A stretch of DNA of 64,000 bases from Pseudomonadales bacterium (GTDB lineage Bacteria > Pseudomonadota > Gammaproteobacteria > Pseudomonadales > IMCC2047): NCBI GenBank assembly GCA_036960805.1, contig JBALXL010000001.1, forward strand, positions 129,028-193,027, written 5' to 3'. The position numbers were made by a program, and so were the translations under genes. This document shows, in pieces, positions 1 through 12,275 of this stretch. The notes beneath the pieces were generated by a model, which did no database searches, was not told the origin of the DNA, and saw nothing but the letters and a program-made list of their open reading frames with translations. The number at the start of each line of letters is the position of its first letter. Positions within the stretch are counted from its first letter, which is position 1.

Positions 1-863
<863 letters not shown>

Positions 864-904
864 TCCATACTAATAATTTATTGTCTTACATTACGGGGTT
901 TATT

Positions 905-1234
905 ATGAGTTTTTTCATTTCTGAAGCTGTTGCCGCTGAAGGCGCAGAGGCTGCTGGTGGTAGTTTTGAGCCGTTCATTATGCTGGCGATTTTTGCCGCG
1001 GTTTTTTACTTCCTGATCTGGCGTCCACAAAGCAAGCGTAACAAAGAGCATAAAGGTCTTCTTGAGCATTTGGGTAAAGGTGACGAGGTCAGCACAAGCG
1101 GAGGCCTGGTAGGTAAAATCACTAAGGTTGAAGAAGGTTTCGTAGTGATGGAAGTGGCTAATAACGTTGAGCTGACTATCCAGAAGCAAGCGGTTCTTAA
1201 TGTGCTGCCAAAGGGTTCTTTGAAGTCGATGTAA
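905..1234 (+). CDS. yajC: Preprotein translocase subunit YajC
   Basis: FYFLIWRPQSKR, GDEVSTSGGLVGKI; tgt-yajC-secDF synteny; ATG at 905 preferred over 881. Confidence 0.95.
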   Translation: MSFFISEAVAAEGAEAAGGSFEPFIMLAIFAAVFYFLIWRPQSKRNKEHKGLLEHLGKGDEVSTSGGLVGKITKVEEGFVVMEVANNVELTIQKQAVLNVLPKGSLKSM

Positions 1235-1297
1235 CTGTCGGTTTCTGATCTTTTTTAAACGTAACTTCTTCGCATATAACACGCAACGGGTAAGCAA

Positions 1298-3157
1298 ATG
1301 CTCAACCAATACCCCCTATGGAAATATCTGCTGGTACTTATAGTGCTGGTATTGGGTGGCATTTATGCTGCGCCAAATCTATATCCGGATGATCCGGCTG
1401 TTCAGTTATCGGGTTCCAGTTCATCTACGGTAGTTGATGAGGCGGTTATCAAGCACGTTAAGCGTGCGCTTGATAAGGAAAATGTTAGCTACCAGGCGCC
1501 GGAGTTGAGTGAGCGCAGTGCGCTGATTCGTTTCAATAGCAACGAAGAGCAGCTGCGTGGTAAAGCGGTTGTGACTCGTGCGTTGGGTGATGACTTCCTG
1601 GTTGCTTTGAATCTGGCGCCAACAACGCCGGATTGGTTGTTGAGCATGGCGGCGACGCCAATGAAGCTGGGTCTGGATTTGCGTGGTGGAGTTCACTTCT
1701 TACTGGAAGTGGATATGGCCGAAGCTGTAAAGCAACGCATGGCCGTTTACAACAGTGAGATTCGTAATCTTCTGCGTGAAGAAAAACTGAGATACCGCAA
1801 TATCAGCAATCAGGATGATGGCGGTTTACTGGTTAAGTTTGTTGATGAAGAAGTGCGCAACAGTGCGGTTGATAAGTTACGTGCTGATTATCGGGAATTT
1901 GTTATTTCTGATTCTGAGAAAGATGATGCGTTTTTCTTATCAATGAAGCTGGACGAAAAGACGTTACGTGAAATTGAAGATTATGCGATTAAGCAAAACC
2001 TGACCACCCTGCGCAACAGGGTTAATGAGTTGGGTGTTGCTGAGCCGTTAGTGCAACGTCAAGGGCGTAATCGTATCGTTGTTGAGTTGCCGGGTATTCA
2101 AGACACTGCGGCGGCTAAGCGTATTATTGGCGCGACAGCTAATCTGGAGTTTCGCCTTGAAGCATCAGCTGACGAGTTGGCCAGCCGTACGGAAGTATTC
2201 AAATTTCGTAATAAGGGCAAAGGCGGACGTACTGCAAACCTCGAAAAAAATCTGATTATCACGGGTAATAGTGTTTCCAGCGCGTCAACGGGCTACGATG
2301 AAACCGGTCGTCCTGAGGTAAACATTACTCTGGATGCCAAAGGCGGCAAGCTGATGAATCGCGCAACTCGCGATAATGTCGGTCGCTCCATGGCAGTGCT
2401 ATTTATTGAGCATAAAACGCGTACGCGCTATGTCGATGTTGACGGTGAGTTAACGCCTGAAATCACTAAATACGTGGAAAAAGGCATGATCAGTCTGGCG
2501 ACGATTCAATCGGCGTTGGGTAATCGTTTCCGCATTACAGGTCTAGATAATCCTCAGGAGTCATCAGAGCTTGCGCTGTTATTACGTGCTGGCTCGCTAG
2601 CGGCACCTATTTATTTTGTCGAAGAGCGTACCGTCGGTCCTAGCCTGGGCCAGGATAATATTGATTTGGGTGTCAAGTCTGTGCAAATAGGCCTGCTGCT
2701 GGTAGTGATCTTTATGTTCCTTTATTACCGCATGTTTGGGCTATTTGCCAATATCGCATTGTGCGTCAATCTGGTGCTGTTGATTTCTGTGATGTCGATG
2801 TTATCTGCCACTCTAACGTTGCCAGGTATAGCGGGTATTGTATTAACCGTGGGTATGGCGGTAGATGCGAACGTACTTATATTTTCGCGTATCAAAGAGG
2901 AGCTCAAAAATGGTTTGCCCATTCAATCGGCAATTCACGCCGGTTATGAGCGCGCTTTTCAGACTATTTTTGATGCCAATATAACGACATTGTTAGTCGC
3001 TGTGATTCTGTTTGCTGTGGGGAGTGGGCCAGTGAAGGGCTTTGCTGTGACCTTGTCGATAGGCATCTTGACCTCCATGTTTACTGCCGTTGTGGTAACA
3101 CGAGCGATGACGAATTTAATTTATGGTCGTCGTAACGTTAAAAAGTTACACATTTAA
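1298..3157 (+). CDS. secD: Protein translocase subunit SecD
   Basis: KLGLDLRGGVHFL, RNRVNELGVAEP, GMAVDANVLIFSRI. Confidence 0.98.
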   Translation: MLNQYPLWKYLLVLIVLVLGGIYAAPNLYPDDPAVQLSGSSSSTVVDEAVIKHVKRALDKENVSYQAPELSERSALIRFNSNEEQLRGKAVVTRALGDDFLVALNLAPTTPDWLLSMAATPMKLGLDLRGGVHFLLEVDMAEAVKQRMAVYNSEIRNLLREEKLRYRNISNQDDGGLLVKFVDEEVRNSAVDKLRADYREFVISDSEKDDAFFLSMKLDEKTLREIEDYAIKQNLTTLRNRVNELGVAEPLVQRQGRNRIVVELPGIQDTAAAKRIIGATANLEFRLEASADELASRTEVFKFRNKGKGGRTANLEKNLIITGNSVSSASTGYDETGRPEVNITLDAKGGKLMNRATRDNVGRSMAVLFIEHKTRTRYVDVDGELTPEITKYVEKGMISLATIQSALGNRFRITGLDNPQESSELALLLRAGSLAAPIYFVEERTVGPSLGQDNIDLGVKSVQIGLLLVVIFMFLYYRMFGLFANIALCVNLVLLISVMSMLSATLTLPGIAGIVLTVGMAVDANVLIFSRIKEELKNGLPIQSAIHAGYERAFQTIFDANITTLLVAVILFAVGSGPVKGFAVTLSIGILTSMFTAVVVTRAMTNLIYGRRNVKKLHI

Positions 3158-3166
3158 AGGGTTGGC

Positions 3167-4093
3167 ATGTCGATGAGTACTTCTAATTTTGATTTTATGG
3201 GCAAGCGCAAGTTTGCTGCTATTTTGTCAATCGTACTGGTTGTTGTTGCGATTTCATCGCTGGCAATTAAGCAGTTGTCATTCGGGCTGGATTTTACCGG
3301 CGGCACGCTAATTGAAGTTAGCTATGAGCAGCAGGCTGATCTTAACCTGATTCGTCAGCAGCTGGCGCTGGGTGGTTTTGAAAAGCCTGTGGTGCAGTAC
3401 TTTGGCGCAGAAACTGAAGTGTTGGTGCGTTTGCCGCAAGGTTACAATCAGGAAGTTGGTGGCCAAGTATTGGCTACGCTGAGTGATCAGGGTAAATACA
3501 ACGTAGAATTGCGTCGTTCTGAATTTGTTGGCGCGCAAGTTGGCGAAGAGCTGCGTGAGCAGGGCGGCCTGGGTATGTTGCTGGCGCTAGCGGTGGTGAT
3601 GATTTATGTGGCGATGCGATTCCAACTTAAATTCTCGCTGGGTGCGGTCGTGGCACTGGGGCATGATGTCATTATTGTGCTAGGTGTGTTTTCGTTATTA
3701 GGCTGGGACTTTGATTTGACCGTGCTGGCAGCTTTGCTTGCGGTTATTGGTTACTCCCTTAATGATACGATTGTTGTGTCGGATCGCATTCGGGAAAATT
3801 TCCGCAAAATGCGCAAGGGAAGTTCAATCGAAATTATTAATGAATCGCTTAATCAAACGCTGGGTCGTACGCTGATTACCTCGTTAACGACCATTATGGT
3901 GTTGGCTGCGCTGGCCATATTTGGCGGTGAAATGATTCGTGGTTTTTCCGTGGCATTGATAATCGGTGTGCTGGTGGGAACCTACTCTTCGATTTATGTG
4001 GCGGCCAATATCCTGTTAGTTCTGGGCATCAGCAAAGACGATTTGGTTATTCCTGAGAAAGAAGGTGTTGAGCAGGACGAGTTATCTCCTTAG
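3167..4093 (+). CDS. secF: Protein translocase subunit SecF
   Basis: GLDFTGG, IGYSLNDTIVVSDRIRE, GTYSSIYVA. Confidence 0.98.
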   Translation: MSMSTSNFDFMGKRKFAAILSIVLVVVAISSLAIKQLSFGLDFTGGTLIEVSYEQQADLNLIRQQLALGGFEKPVVQYFGAETEVLVRLPQGYNQEVGGQVLATLSDQGKYNVELRRSEFVGAQVGEELREQGGLGMLLALAVVMIYVAMRFQLKFSLGAVVALGHDVIIVLGVFSLLGWDFDLTVLAALLAVIGYSLNDTIVVSDRIRENFRKMRKGSSIEIINESLNQTLGRTLITSLTTIMVLAALAIFGGEMIRGFSVALIIGVLVGTYSSIYVAANILLVLGISKDDLVIPEKEGVEQDELSP

Positions 4094-4130
4094 ACTTTCG
4101 AGTGACGGTCGAACTCTTTTTTGATGGATC

Positions 4131-4166
4131 AAAAAGGCCTGCGAATGATTCTCGCGGGCTTTTTTA
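4131..4166 (+). terminator. Intrinsic terminator after secF
   Basis: AAAAAGGCCTGCGA-loop-TCGCGGGCTTTTTT hairpin with T-tract. Confidence 0.8.
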
Positions 4167-4243
4167 TGAGATTTTTTAGTGTGCTGTTGAGCGTTTAGGT
4201 AAACGGACAATATGCATCAACGTGAACGATAAAGTGGATAGAC

Positions 4244-4990
4244 ATGCTGGATCTTAAAAATATACGTATTGTATTAATCGACACCAGTCACCCGGGAAAT
4301 ATTGGTGCTGCAGCGCGAGCCATGAAAAACATGGGGCTCGATAAATTGTATTTGGTGGCACCTAAAAAATTCCCTGACGATCAGGCAGTGTGGCGCGCAT
4401 CGAGTGCGGGCGATGTGCTCGACAAGGCGGTTGTTTGTGAAACGTTAGACGAAGCGCTTGAAGGTTGTGAGTTGGTGCTTGGTGCCAGTGCCCGTGATCG
4501 CAGTATGCCCTGGCCAGTGATGGATCCGCGCCAAAGTGCCGAGACTGTGATGAGCGAACCAGAGCAGCATCAGGTGGCTATTTTATTTGGCCGTGAAGAT
4601 CGTGGCATGACTAACGAAGAGCTGCAGCGTTGTCATTTTCACCTGCAGATCCCCGCTAACCCTGAATATACTTCACTGAATATTGGTGCGGCGGTGCAAG
4701 TTGTTTGTTATGAGCTGCGCATGGCAATGCTCAATAAGGCCGGTTTAAAGGAAGCCTGGGACTGGGACAAAGAGTGGGATGTCGAGGCCGCATCAGCAGA
4801 TGAGATGCGTTATTTTCTGGAGCACTTCGAGGAAACATTGCTTGCTTTAGGTGTCATAAATCCCAAGCGCCCCAGGCAGTTGATGCCGCGAATGAAACGC
4901 CTGTTTATCCGCAGTCGAATGGATAAGATGGAAGTCAGTATTTTACGTGGTGTATTAACGGCTGCGCAAAAATTGCTTAGAAAAGAGTAA
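4244..4990 (+). CDS. trmJ: tRNA (cytidine/uridine-2'-O)-methyltransferase, SPOUT family
   Basis: SHPGNIGAAARAMKNMG, LFGRE, IPANPEYTSLN; precedes cysE-iscR. Confidence 0.95.
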   Translation: MLDLKNIRIVLIDTSHPGNIGAAARAMKNMGLDKLYLVAPKKFPDDQAVWRASSAGDVLDKAVVCETLDEALEGCELVLGASARDRSMPWPVMDPRQSAETVMSEPEQHQVAILFGREDRGMTNEELQRCHFHLQIPANPEYTSLNIGAAVQVVCYELRMAMLNKAGLKEAWDWDKEWDVEAASADEMRYFLEHFEETLLALGVINPKRPRQLMPRMKRLFIRSRMDKMEVSILRGVLTAAQKLLRKE

Positions 4991-5014
4991 GCAGATAGGC
5001 GGATAACTTATCGA

Positions 5015-5248
5015 TTAATGATGATGGTGATCGTCTTCAGTCGGTTTATGGAAGACTTTTTGCAGGTTACTTAAGGTGGTTATATAGCGTTCAAGGGCCG
5101 TATTTGCTTCTTTTTCAGAACTGTACGGGCCTTTTGAGTGGCCACCGCGAATTAGGAAAAACCATTCGTCGTCTGAGCAGTAAAGGCGGTCGCTACGGTA
5201 TGGGTGGTGGCTGATTTCGCCAGCTCGTTGCTGCATTGCTTGAGTCAT
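5015..5248 (-). CDS. Small hypothetical protein, DUF6316-like, with C-terminal DDHHHH
   Basis: RSDRLY..WFF..R...GPY....A..AL..YI pattern; ATG at 5248 chosen over the longer ORF start. Confidence 0.6.
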   Translation of the reverse strand: MTQAMQQRAGEISHHPYRSDRLYCSDDEWFFLIRGGHSKGPYSSEKEANTALERYITTLSNLQKVFHKPTEDDHHHH

Positions 5249-5401
5249 AAGTTGATCCCGGAGTTCGAGCTTAAAACATCGATCCTTCGAGGAGTAACGG
5301 AAAACATCCAGGTAAGTCCGGCAGACTGTATAAAGTGTAGTTGTTTTTATTAAAAGGTAAAGCGGCATGTCGTGCTGCTATAGGAAGAGTAGAAATATCG
5401 C

Positions 5402-6208
5402 ATGTTTGAGCGACTAAAAGAAGAAGTGAATTGCGTGTTCGATCGTGATCCGGCGGCGCGTAATATGTTTGAGGTGCTGACAACTTACCCGGGCTTGCAT
5501 GCGGTTTTTATCCATCGTGTGAGTCACTGTCTGTGGCGTAATAACTGGAAATGGTTAGCGCGAGCGCTGTCGACCTTTGCGCGCTGGATTACGGGTGTTG
5601 AAATTCATCCGGGTGCGAAGATCGGGCGACGTTTTTTTATTGATCACGGTATGGGTGTGGTGATTGGCGAAACGGCTGAGGTCGGTAATGATGTCACTCT
5701 GTATCACGGTGTGACTCTGGGTGGCACCAGTTGGAATAAAGGTAAGCGCCACCCTACGTTACAGGATGGCGTGGTGGTCGGAGCCGGCGCTAAGGTGTTG
5801 GGGCCGATTTTAGTCGGGCGCAATGCCCGGATTGGCTCGAATGCTGTGGTCACCAAAGAAGTGCCGGACGGCGCAACAGCGGTAGGCATTCCTGGCCGAA
5901 TTATTACCCAGGAACAAAAGCAGCAAAAAGACGGGGCAGCTGAAAAGCGCCGTAAAGAGATGGCCAGTCGTATGGGTTTTGATGCCTATGGTGTAACGCA
6001 GGACTCCCCTGATCCGGTCGCTAAATCTATTCACGCTATTCTGGATCATATGCATGCGGTTGATGATCGTCTGGCGAATATGTGTAAGGTGCTGACAGCG
6101 ATGGATAAGAGCTTTAAAGCTGCTGACCTGCCTGAATTAAAATGTGCAGCATTTGATGAAGAGCTTGCTGAGAGCTCAGAGGAAAGCGCGGCTGAAAAAG
6201 ACTCGTAA
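5402..6208 (+). CDS. cysE: Serine O-acetyltransferase
   Basis: [36 protein letters not shown] hexapeptide repeats. Confidence 0.97.
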   Translation: MFERLKEEVNCVFDRDPAARNMFEVLTTYPGLHAVFIHRVSHCLWRNNWKWLARALSTFARWITGVEIHPGAKIGRRFFIDHGMGVVIGETAEVGNDVTLYHGVTLGGTSWNKGKRHPTLQDGVVVGAGAKVLGPILVGRNARIGSNAVVTKEVPDGATAVGIPGRIITQEQKQQKDGAAEKRRKEMASRMGFDAYGVTQDSPDPVAKSIHAILDHMHAVDDRLANMCKVLTAMDKSFKAADLPELKCAAFDEELAESSEESAAEKDS

Positions 6209-6310
6209 CGAGATACGGCTAACTCTCATTGTGCCGTTTTAGTTAAATTTTTTAATGAATGGCTGGATGTTTTTGTGTGTGATTAGCGAGACCAATATAC
6301 CCTCTTATGT

Positions 6311-6343
6311 ATACTTGACTAATTTGGTTGGTTTTAGCATACT
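6311..6343 (+). promoter_or_regulatory. isc operon sigma-70 promoter overlapped by a type-1 IscR operator
   Basis: ATACTTGACTAATTTGGTTGGTTTT (6311-6335) resembles ATASYYGACTRWWWYAGTCRRSTAT; TTGACT-N17-CATACT at 6315-6343. Confidence 0.8.
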
Positions 6344-6375
6344 ATGCGCACTTAAGAATCAGTGAGTGCCCATTT

Positions 6376-6855
6376 ATGCGTTTAACTACAAAAGGTCGTT
6401 ATGCTGTAACAGCGATGCTTGATGTGGCGTTGCACAGCGAAAATGGGCCGGTTAGCTTGTCAGATATCTCTACTCGTCAGGATATTTCGCTGTCTTATCT
6501 GGAGCAATTATTTTCTAAGTTACGTCGAGGCGGCTTAGTGACCAGTGTACGTGGTCCTGGTGGTGGTTATCAGTTGGCTCGGTCGCTTGAAGAAATTTGT
6601 GTGGCGGAAATTGTTGATGCCGTTAATGAGTCGGTTGACGCGACACTTTGTAACGGCGATAACAACTGCCAAAACGGACATGCTTGCCTCACGCATAATT
6701 TATGGGACGATTTGAGTCATCAGATTCATAATTTCCTTAGTAATATTAGCCTGAAAGATTTAGTTGAGCGGCGCGAAGTGCGTGCCGCAGCTTCTTTTCA
6801 GGAAGAGCACGCTAGGCGTGCGCAGGACTTGATTCAGATGGAAGCAAGTCTCTAG
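6376..6855 (+). CDS. iscR: Fe-S cluster assembly transcriptional regulator IscR (Rrf2 family)
   Basis: [30 protein letters not shown]; 3Cys+His ligands in C-x5-C-x5-C-LTH. Confidence 0.97.
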   Translation: MRLTTKGRYAVTAMLDVALHSENGPVSLSDISTRQDISLSYLEQLFSKLRRGGLVTSVRGPGGGYQLARSLEEICVAEIVDAVNESVDATLCNGDNNCQNGHACLTHNLWDDLSHQIHNFLSNISLKDLVERREVRAAASFQEEHARRAQDLIQMEASL

Positions 6856-6885
6856 TTTGTGAACAATTATTGGAGTTTGAATTAA

Positions 6886-8100
6886 ATGCATTTGCCTATT
6901 TATCTTGATTATTCAGCAACTACTCCTGTCGACCCACGTGTCGCGGAAAAAATGAGTGAGTGCCTTACGTTAGAGGGTAACTTTGGTAACCCTGGCTCTC
7001 GCTCACATATCTTTGGCTGGAAGTCTGAAGAAGCCGTTGAAACGGCGCGCAAACAAGTTGCTGATCTGATGAATTGTGATCCGCGTGAAATCGTCTGGAC
7101 GTCTGGCGCGACAGAGTCTGACAATTTGGCGATTAAAGGTGCAGCTCATTTTTACAGTAAAAAAGGCAAGCACATCATCACCTCTAAGGTTGAGCACAAG
7201 GCGGTATTAGATAGCTGTCGTCAGCTGGAGCGTGAAGGTTTCGAAGTGACTTATCTTGATCCTGATGCGGATGGCATTATTCAACCTGAAGCAGTTGCTG
7301 AAGCTATTCGCGAAGATACCGTGTTGGTGTCCTTGATGCATGTGAATAATGAAATCGGTGTCATTAACGATATTGCGGCGATTGGTGAAATTACTCGTAG
7401 TAAAGGTGTGTTGCTACACGTTGATGCGGCACAGAGCGCCGGTAAAGTTAAAATTGACCTTGAAAACATGAAAGTTGATTTGATGTCGGTTTGTGCGCAT
7501 AAAATCTACGGACCTAAAGGCATTGGCGCGCTGTATGTAAGCCGTAAGCCACGCGTTCGTATTGAGGCGCAAATCCACGGTGGCGGTCATGAACGTGGTA
7601 TGCGTTCCGGTACATTGGCAGTTCATCAGATTGTGGGTATGGGTGAGTGTTTCCGCATTGCACAAGAAGAGTTCGCTGAAGAAGATGCGCGCCTGAGAAA
7701 ATTACGCGACATTATGTTAGACGGTTTCAAGGATATGGAAGAGGTTCACCTCAACGGACACAATACACAGCGTGTGCCAGGTAACCTGAATATCAGCTTT
7801 AACTTTGTTGAAGGTGAGTCACTGATTATGTCGTTTAAGGATATCGCAGTGTCTTCGGGTTCAGCGTGTACGTCGGCAAGCTTGGAGCCTTCTTACGTGT
7901 TACGTGCTATCGGTCTTAACGATGAAATGGCGCATAGCTCGATTCGTTTTGGTATTGGCCGTTTTACCACCGAAGAAGAAATTAAGTACGTGATAGGACA
8001 CGTTCGCGAAGCAGTGGAAAAACTGCGCGAACTTTCACCTCTCTGGGAGATGTATAAAGACGGCATCGATCTGGAGCAGGTACAGTGGGCTGCTCACTAA
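6886..8100 (+). CDS. iscS: Cysteine desulfurase
   Basis: [18 protein letters not shown] (PLP Lys), SSGSACTS. Confidence 0.98.
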   Translation: MHLPIYLDYSATTPVDPRVAEKMSECLTLEGNFGNPGSRSHIFGWKSEEAVETARKQVADLMNCDPREIVWTSGATESDNLAIKGAAHFYSKKGKHIITSKVEHKAVLDSCRQLEREGFEVTYLDPDADGIIQPEAVAEAIREDTVLVSLMHVNNEIGVINDIAAIGEITRSKGVLLHVDAAQSAGKVKIDLENMKVDLMSVCAHKIYGPKGIGALYVSRKPRVRIEAQIHGGGHERGMRSGTLAVHQIVGMGECFRIAQEEFAEEDARLRKLRDIMLDGFKDMEEVHLNGHNTQRVPGNLNISFNFVEGESLIMSFKDIAVSSGSACTSASLEPSYVLRAIGLNDEMAHSSIRFGIGRFTTEEEIKYVIGHVREAVEKLRELSPLWEMYKDGIDLEQVQWAAH

Positions 8101-8141
8101 GTAGCTACACATTAAATTATTGAAGGCTGGAGGGTAAGACC

Positions 8142-8531
8142 ATGGCATATAGCGAAAAAGTTTTAGATCATTATGAAAATCCGCGTAATGTTGGCGCGCT
8201 GGATAAAGATTCTGCAAGCGTAGGTACTGGTATGGTTGGAGCGCCAGCTTGTGGTGACGTAATGCGTCTACAGATTCAGGTTGATGAAAACGACGTTATT
8301 TCTGATGCAAAATTCAAAACTTACGGTTGTGGTTCTGCGATTGCTTCCAGCTCTCTTTTAACTGAATGGGTTAAAGGTAAAACGCTGGCAGAAGCGACGT
8401 TGATTAAAAATACCGATATTGCTGAAGAATTGGCTTTGCCGCCAGTTAAAGTTCACTGTTCAGTGTTGGCTGAAGACGCGATTAAAGCGGCGATCAGCGA
8501 TCTACAAAGCAAACGTTCAAACGATAGCTGA
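8142..8531 (+). CDS. iscU: Fe-S scaffold protein
   Basis: GAPACGD, YGCGSAIAS, LPPVKVHC. Confidence 0.98.
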   Translation: MAYSEKVLDHYENPRNVGALDKDSASVGTGMVGAPACGDVMRLQIQVDENDVISDAKFKTYGCGSAIASSSLLTEWVKGKTLAEATLIKNTDIAEELALPPVKVHCSVLAEDAIKAAISDLQSKRSNDS

Positions 8532-8563
8532 TCCTTTAAGATCACAGAAAACCGGGAGCACAT

Positions 8564-8887
8564 ATGGCTATTACAATGACTGAAACAGCTGCGGCACACG
8601 TCAGCAAACACCTTGCCCAGCGTGGCAAAGGCTTGGGTATCCGCGTTGGCGTACGCACCAGTGGCTGTTCAGGATTAGCCTATGTGCTTGAGTTTGTTGA
8701 TCATGCCGATGACGGTGATCAGGTCTTTGAAGACCGCGGTGTAAAAGTCGTGATTGATGAAAAGAGTCTCGTCTATCTTGACGGTACTGAGCTGGATTTC
8801 GTCGCTGAAGGACTTAACGAAGGTTTTAAATTCACCAATCCTAATGTGAATGGTGAATGTGGTTGTGGTGAGAGCTTCACCATCTAA
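8564..8887 (+). CDS. iscA: A-type Fe-S carrier
   Basis: GCSGLAY, CGCGESF. Confidence 0.97.
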   Translation: MAITMTETAAAHVSKHLAQRGKGLGIRVGVRTSGCSGLAYVLEFVDHADDGDQVFEDRGVKVVIDEKSLVYLDGTELDFVAEGLNEGFKFTNPNVNGECGCGESFTI

Positions 8888-9003
8888 CCTCGTACACCTA
8901 TTGCTCTCGAATGGCCTTCATTTATCTGTGCGGGCCGCTTTGCTACGATCGAACCTCCCGCACGACAATTCCTGATTAACTCTGATTACATGGCGAGCCT
9001 CCA

Positions 9004-9543
9004 GTGTCTTTAACGGATAATTATTTTCAGCTGTTTGATTTGCCAGAGCAGTATTCGCTTGATGACAATGCTCTGCGTGCCACCTATCGCGATTTACAGC
9101 GCAAAACCCATCCTGATAAATTTGCCAATGCCTCTAAGCAGGAGCAGTTGCTTGCCGTACAATACGCAGCGACCGTTAATGATGCCTGCGATGTGCTGAC
9201 ATCTTCTCTCAAACGCGCTATCTACATGCTCAAGCTGAAAGGCTTTGAAATCGACCCACAACAGTCGGCGGCAATGGATCCAATGTTTTTAATACAACAG
9301 ATGGAATTGCGTGAAGAGCTTGAGAATGTGTCGCGTGTTGATGATCCTGAAGCAGCGCTGGAGAAAATTTCCGAGCAGCTTGGGAAAGATCTGGAAGATT
9401 TAGAGAAATGCTTTGCCGTACAGATTGAGGTGCTCGATGAGTCAAATGCTGTCGCAGCTCAAGATACGGTAAAAAAGATGCAGTTTGTGGTTAAGGTTCA
9501 GTCTGAAGTTGAACACCTTGAGCATGAGTTGCTGGATGTTTGA
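9004..9543 (+). CDS. hscB: Fe-S co-chaperone (J-domain)
   Basis: HPD motif, FLIQQMELRE; operon position. Confidence 0.95.
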   Translation: MSLTDNYFQLFDLPEQYSLDDNALRATYRDLQRKTHPDKFANASKQEQLLAVQYAATVNDACDVLTSSLKRAIYMLKLKGFEIDPQQSAAMDPMFLIQQMELREELENVSRVDDPEAALEKISEQLGKDLEDLEKCFAVQIEVLDESNAVAAQDTVKKMQFVVKVQSEVEHLEHELLDV

Positions 9544-9614
9544 TTGTATATTTTAAAGCGTGTCGTGTTTTGCACGGTATGGTTTCGTAAAGAATAGCTT
9601 GCAGAGATTTATTG

Positions 9615-11516
9615 ATGGCCCTATTACAATTATCTGAACCCGGTATGAGCCCGAAGCCTCACCAGCGTAAAAATGCGGTAGGTATTGATTTAGGTACAAC
9701 TCATTCATTGGTTGCCAGTGTTCGCAGCGGCAGTGCCGAAGTGATTGCTGACATTCAGGGACGTAAGTTGCTGCCGTCGGTGGTGCATTATGCTTCAGCC
9801 CTTAACGGCGCTGAGCAAATTACCGTCGGTGATGACGCCAGAGTGAAGGCAGTTAGTGATCCGCTGAATACTATTATCTCTATCAAGCGTTTGATGGGGC
9901 GAGGTGTTGATGATGTGAGTACCTTTGATCATCATATGCCTTATCGTTTCGCAGAGCAGAATGGCACAGGTATGCCAATTATAGAGACGGCTGCGGGTAA
10001 TGTGAGCCCGGTTCAGGTCTCAGCAGAAATCCTTAAGGTGCTTGCACAGCGTGGGCGTGAAGCTTTGGGCGACGAGCTAGACGGCGCGGTGATTACTGTG
10101 CCTGCGTATTTTGATGAGGCACAGCGTCAAGCGACCAAGGACGCCGCTACGTTGGCGGGCTTGAATGTATTACGATTGCTTAATGAGCCCACTGCTGCCG
10201 CGATTGCCTACGGTCTTGATCAACAAGATGAAGGCATTATTGCGGTTTATGATCTGGGTGGGGGTACTTTTGATATCTCCATTCTACGCCTGCAGGCGGG
10301 TGTGTTTGAAGTGCTGTCGACGGGTGGTGATACAGCTCTTGGCGGCGACGATTTTGACCGTGCTATCGCTGAGTGGATTCTAAAAGAGTCGCAATATGAC
10401 AAAGACGTAACCCCAGGGCTAAGCCGTGAGTTGATGGAAAGCGCGCGTTCAATTAAAGAGCAGCTGTCCGGGCTGGATTCCGTTAATGCGTTTATTCAGC
10501 ATGGTGATTTTAGCTGGCAGGGCGAGTTAACCCGCGCTTGGTTTGATGGTTTGATTGAAACATTGGTGGCGCGAACGTTAAAAGTCTGCAAAGGCGCGGT
10601 GCGTGACGCTAAAGTTAAGATGAAAGATCTGGTTAATGTGGTGATGGTTGGCGGTTCTACGCGTGTGCCTTATGTGCGGCAGCGAGTAAGCGAGTTATTC
10701 GGTCGCGACCCCATGATTGATATTGACCCTGATTTAGTCGTGGCAACGGGTGCTGCGTTACAGGCTGATGTGTTAGTCGGTAATAAAAGCAGTGATGATA
10801 TGTTGCTGTTGGATGTAAACCCGTTATCGCTGGGCATTGAAACAATGGGCGGCCTAGCGGAAAAAATTATTGAGCGAAATGTCACGATTCCTATCGCCAA
10901 GGCGCAGGAGTTCACCACCTATAAAGATGGCCAAACAGCAATGGCTGTTCATGTTGTACAAGGTGAACGTGAGCTGGTGGCTGACTGCCGCTCCTTAGCA
11001 AGATTTGAGCTACGTGGTATTCCTCCGATGGTGGCTGGTGCTGCGCGGATTCTGGTGACCTTTCAGGTAGACGCCGATGGCTTACTGAGTGTGACCGCCA
11101 AAGAAATGACCACGGGCATTGAAACTAATGTGACGGTCAAGCCTTCCTACGGTTTGGAAGAAGAACAGATTACGCAAATGCTCAAGGATTCGATCGCTCA
11201 CGCCAAAGATGACGTGCATGCACGGCAATTGCGTGAGAAGCAGGTGGATGCTGAAGGGCTGTTGGCAAGTATTGAAAATGCACTGGCAGAAGACGGCGAG
11301 ATGCTGTTAAATGCCGCCGAACGAAATGATATTGAAGTGGCGCTACAACGCCTGCGTGAGGTTGTTGTTGGTGATGATCAGCATGCAATAGCGCGAGAAA
11401 TTGACAGGGCCGGCCAGGCCAGTAATGAATTTGCAACGCGCCGTATGGATGCCAGTATCAAACAAGCGTTATCTGGTAAGTCGATCGATGCAATAACAGT
11501 GGATAAAGAGGGTTAG
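9615..11516 (+). CDS. hscA: Fe-S chaperone Hsp70
   Basis: [25 protein letters not shown]; operon position. Confidence 0.97.
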   Translation: MALLQLSEPGMSPKPHQRKNAVGIDLGTTHSLVASVRSGSAEVIADIQGRKLLPSVVHYASALNGAEQITVGDDARVKAVSDPLNTIISIKRLMGRGVDDVSTFDHHMPYRFAEQNGTGMPIIETAAGNVSPVQVSAEILKVLAQRGREALGDELDGAVITVPAYFDEAQRQATKDAATLAGLNVLRLLNEPTAAAIAYGLDQQDEGIIAVYDLGGGTFDISILRLQAGVFEVLSTGGDTALGGDDFDRAIAEWILKESQYDKDVTPGLSRELMESARSIKEQLSGLDSVNAFIQHGDFSWQGELTRAWFDGLIETLVARTLKVCKGAVRDAKVKMKDLVNVVMVGGSTRVPYVRQRVSELFGRDPMIDIDPDLVVATGAALQADVLVGNKSSDDMLLLDVNPLSLGIETMGGLAEKIIERNVTIPIAKAQEFTTYKDGQTAMAVHVVQGERELVADCRSLARFELRGIPPMVAGAARILVTFQVDADGLLSVTAKEMTTGIETNVTVKPSYGLEEEQITQMLKDSIAHAKDDVHARQLREKQVDAEGLLASIENALAEDGEMLLNAAERNDIEVALQRLREVVVGDDQHAIAREIDRAGQASNEFATRRMDASIKQALSGKSIDAITVDKEG

Positions 11517-11519
11517 TCT

Positions 11520-11861
11520 ATGCCACAGGTGATTTTTTTACCGCACCCGGAAATCTGTCCTGAAGGGGCAGTGTTGGAACTTGAAGCTGGTGTGAATTTG
11601 ATTGAAGCGGCATTACATCAAGATATTGATATTGAGCATGCCTGCGAAATGTCCTGTGCGTGCACAACCTGTCATGTGATTGTGCGTGAAGGTTTTGAAA
11701 CGCTGTCTGAGTCGGATGAACTTGAAGACGATATGCTGGATAAGGCGTGGGGTCTTGAGCCGGAGTCACGACTGGGTTGCCAGATTATTTTGGGCGAAGA
11801 GAACCTGGTTATTGAGATTCCAAAGTACACGATTAATCAGGTTTCAGAAGCCAAGGTTTAA
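11520..11861 (+). CDS. fdx: ISC 2Fe-2S ferredoxin
   Basis: EHACEMSCACTTCH, SRLGCQ. Confidence 0.97.
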   Translation: MPQVIFLPHPEICPEGAVLELEAGVNLIEAALHQDIDIEHACEMSCACTTCHVIVREGFETLSESDELEDDMLDKAWGLEPESRLGCQIILGEENLVIEIPKYTINQVSEAKV

Positions 11862-11895
11862 GCTTGTATTGCCAAATTGATATAAGGAGCGAGTA

Positions 11896-12096
11896 ATGAG
11901 TCTTAAATGGTTGGATGTTTTGGATATTGCTATTGAGTTAGTCGATAACCATGAGGATGTTGATCCGCGTTTTGTGAATTTTGTGGATCTGCGCAACTGG
12001 GTGATGGCGCTTGAAAACTTTGATGATGATCCTGCGCACTGCGGCGAGAAAATTCTTGAAGCGATTCAAATGGCCTGGATTGAAGAAATGGATTAG
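11896..12096 (+). CDS. iscX: Fe-S assembly protein IscX
   Basis: MSLKW, DPRFVNFVDL, EKILEAIQMAWIEE. Confidence 0.95.
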   Translation: MSLKWLDVLDIAIELVDNHEDVDPRFVNFVDLRNWVMALENFDDDPAHCGEKILEAIQMAWIEEMD

Positions 12097-12127
12097 CGAA
12101 TAGCTGGCGTGAGTTAAGTTGTTCCGT

Positions 12128-12157
12128 AAAACGGTGCCTATAGGCGCCGTTTTTTTG
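12128..12157 (+). terminator. Intrinsic terminator of isc operon
   Basis: AAAACGGTGCC-TATA-GGCGCCGTTTTTTT. Confidence 0.85.
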
Positions 12158-12275
12158 TTTCTGGATGAGCTAACTCATTGACAAATCGTCATATTATTTT
12201 CATGTCAAAAACCGTATAATATGCGCCTTAAAAAATTTAACCCTTAAATACATACAATCTTGGAGACGAAAGTCC

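Noticed and set aside
12178-12208. TTGACA-N19-TGTCAA inverted repeat upstream of ndk
   Set aside because: Spacing to TATAAT (12215) does not fit a promoter pair, and 6-bp arms in AT-rich DNA can be chance
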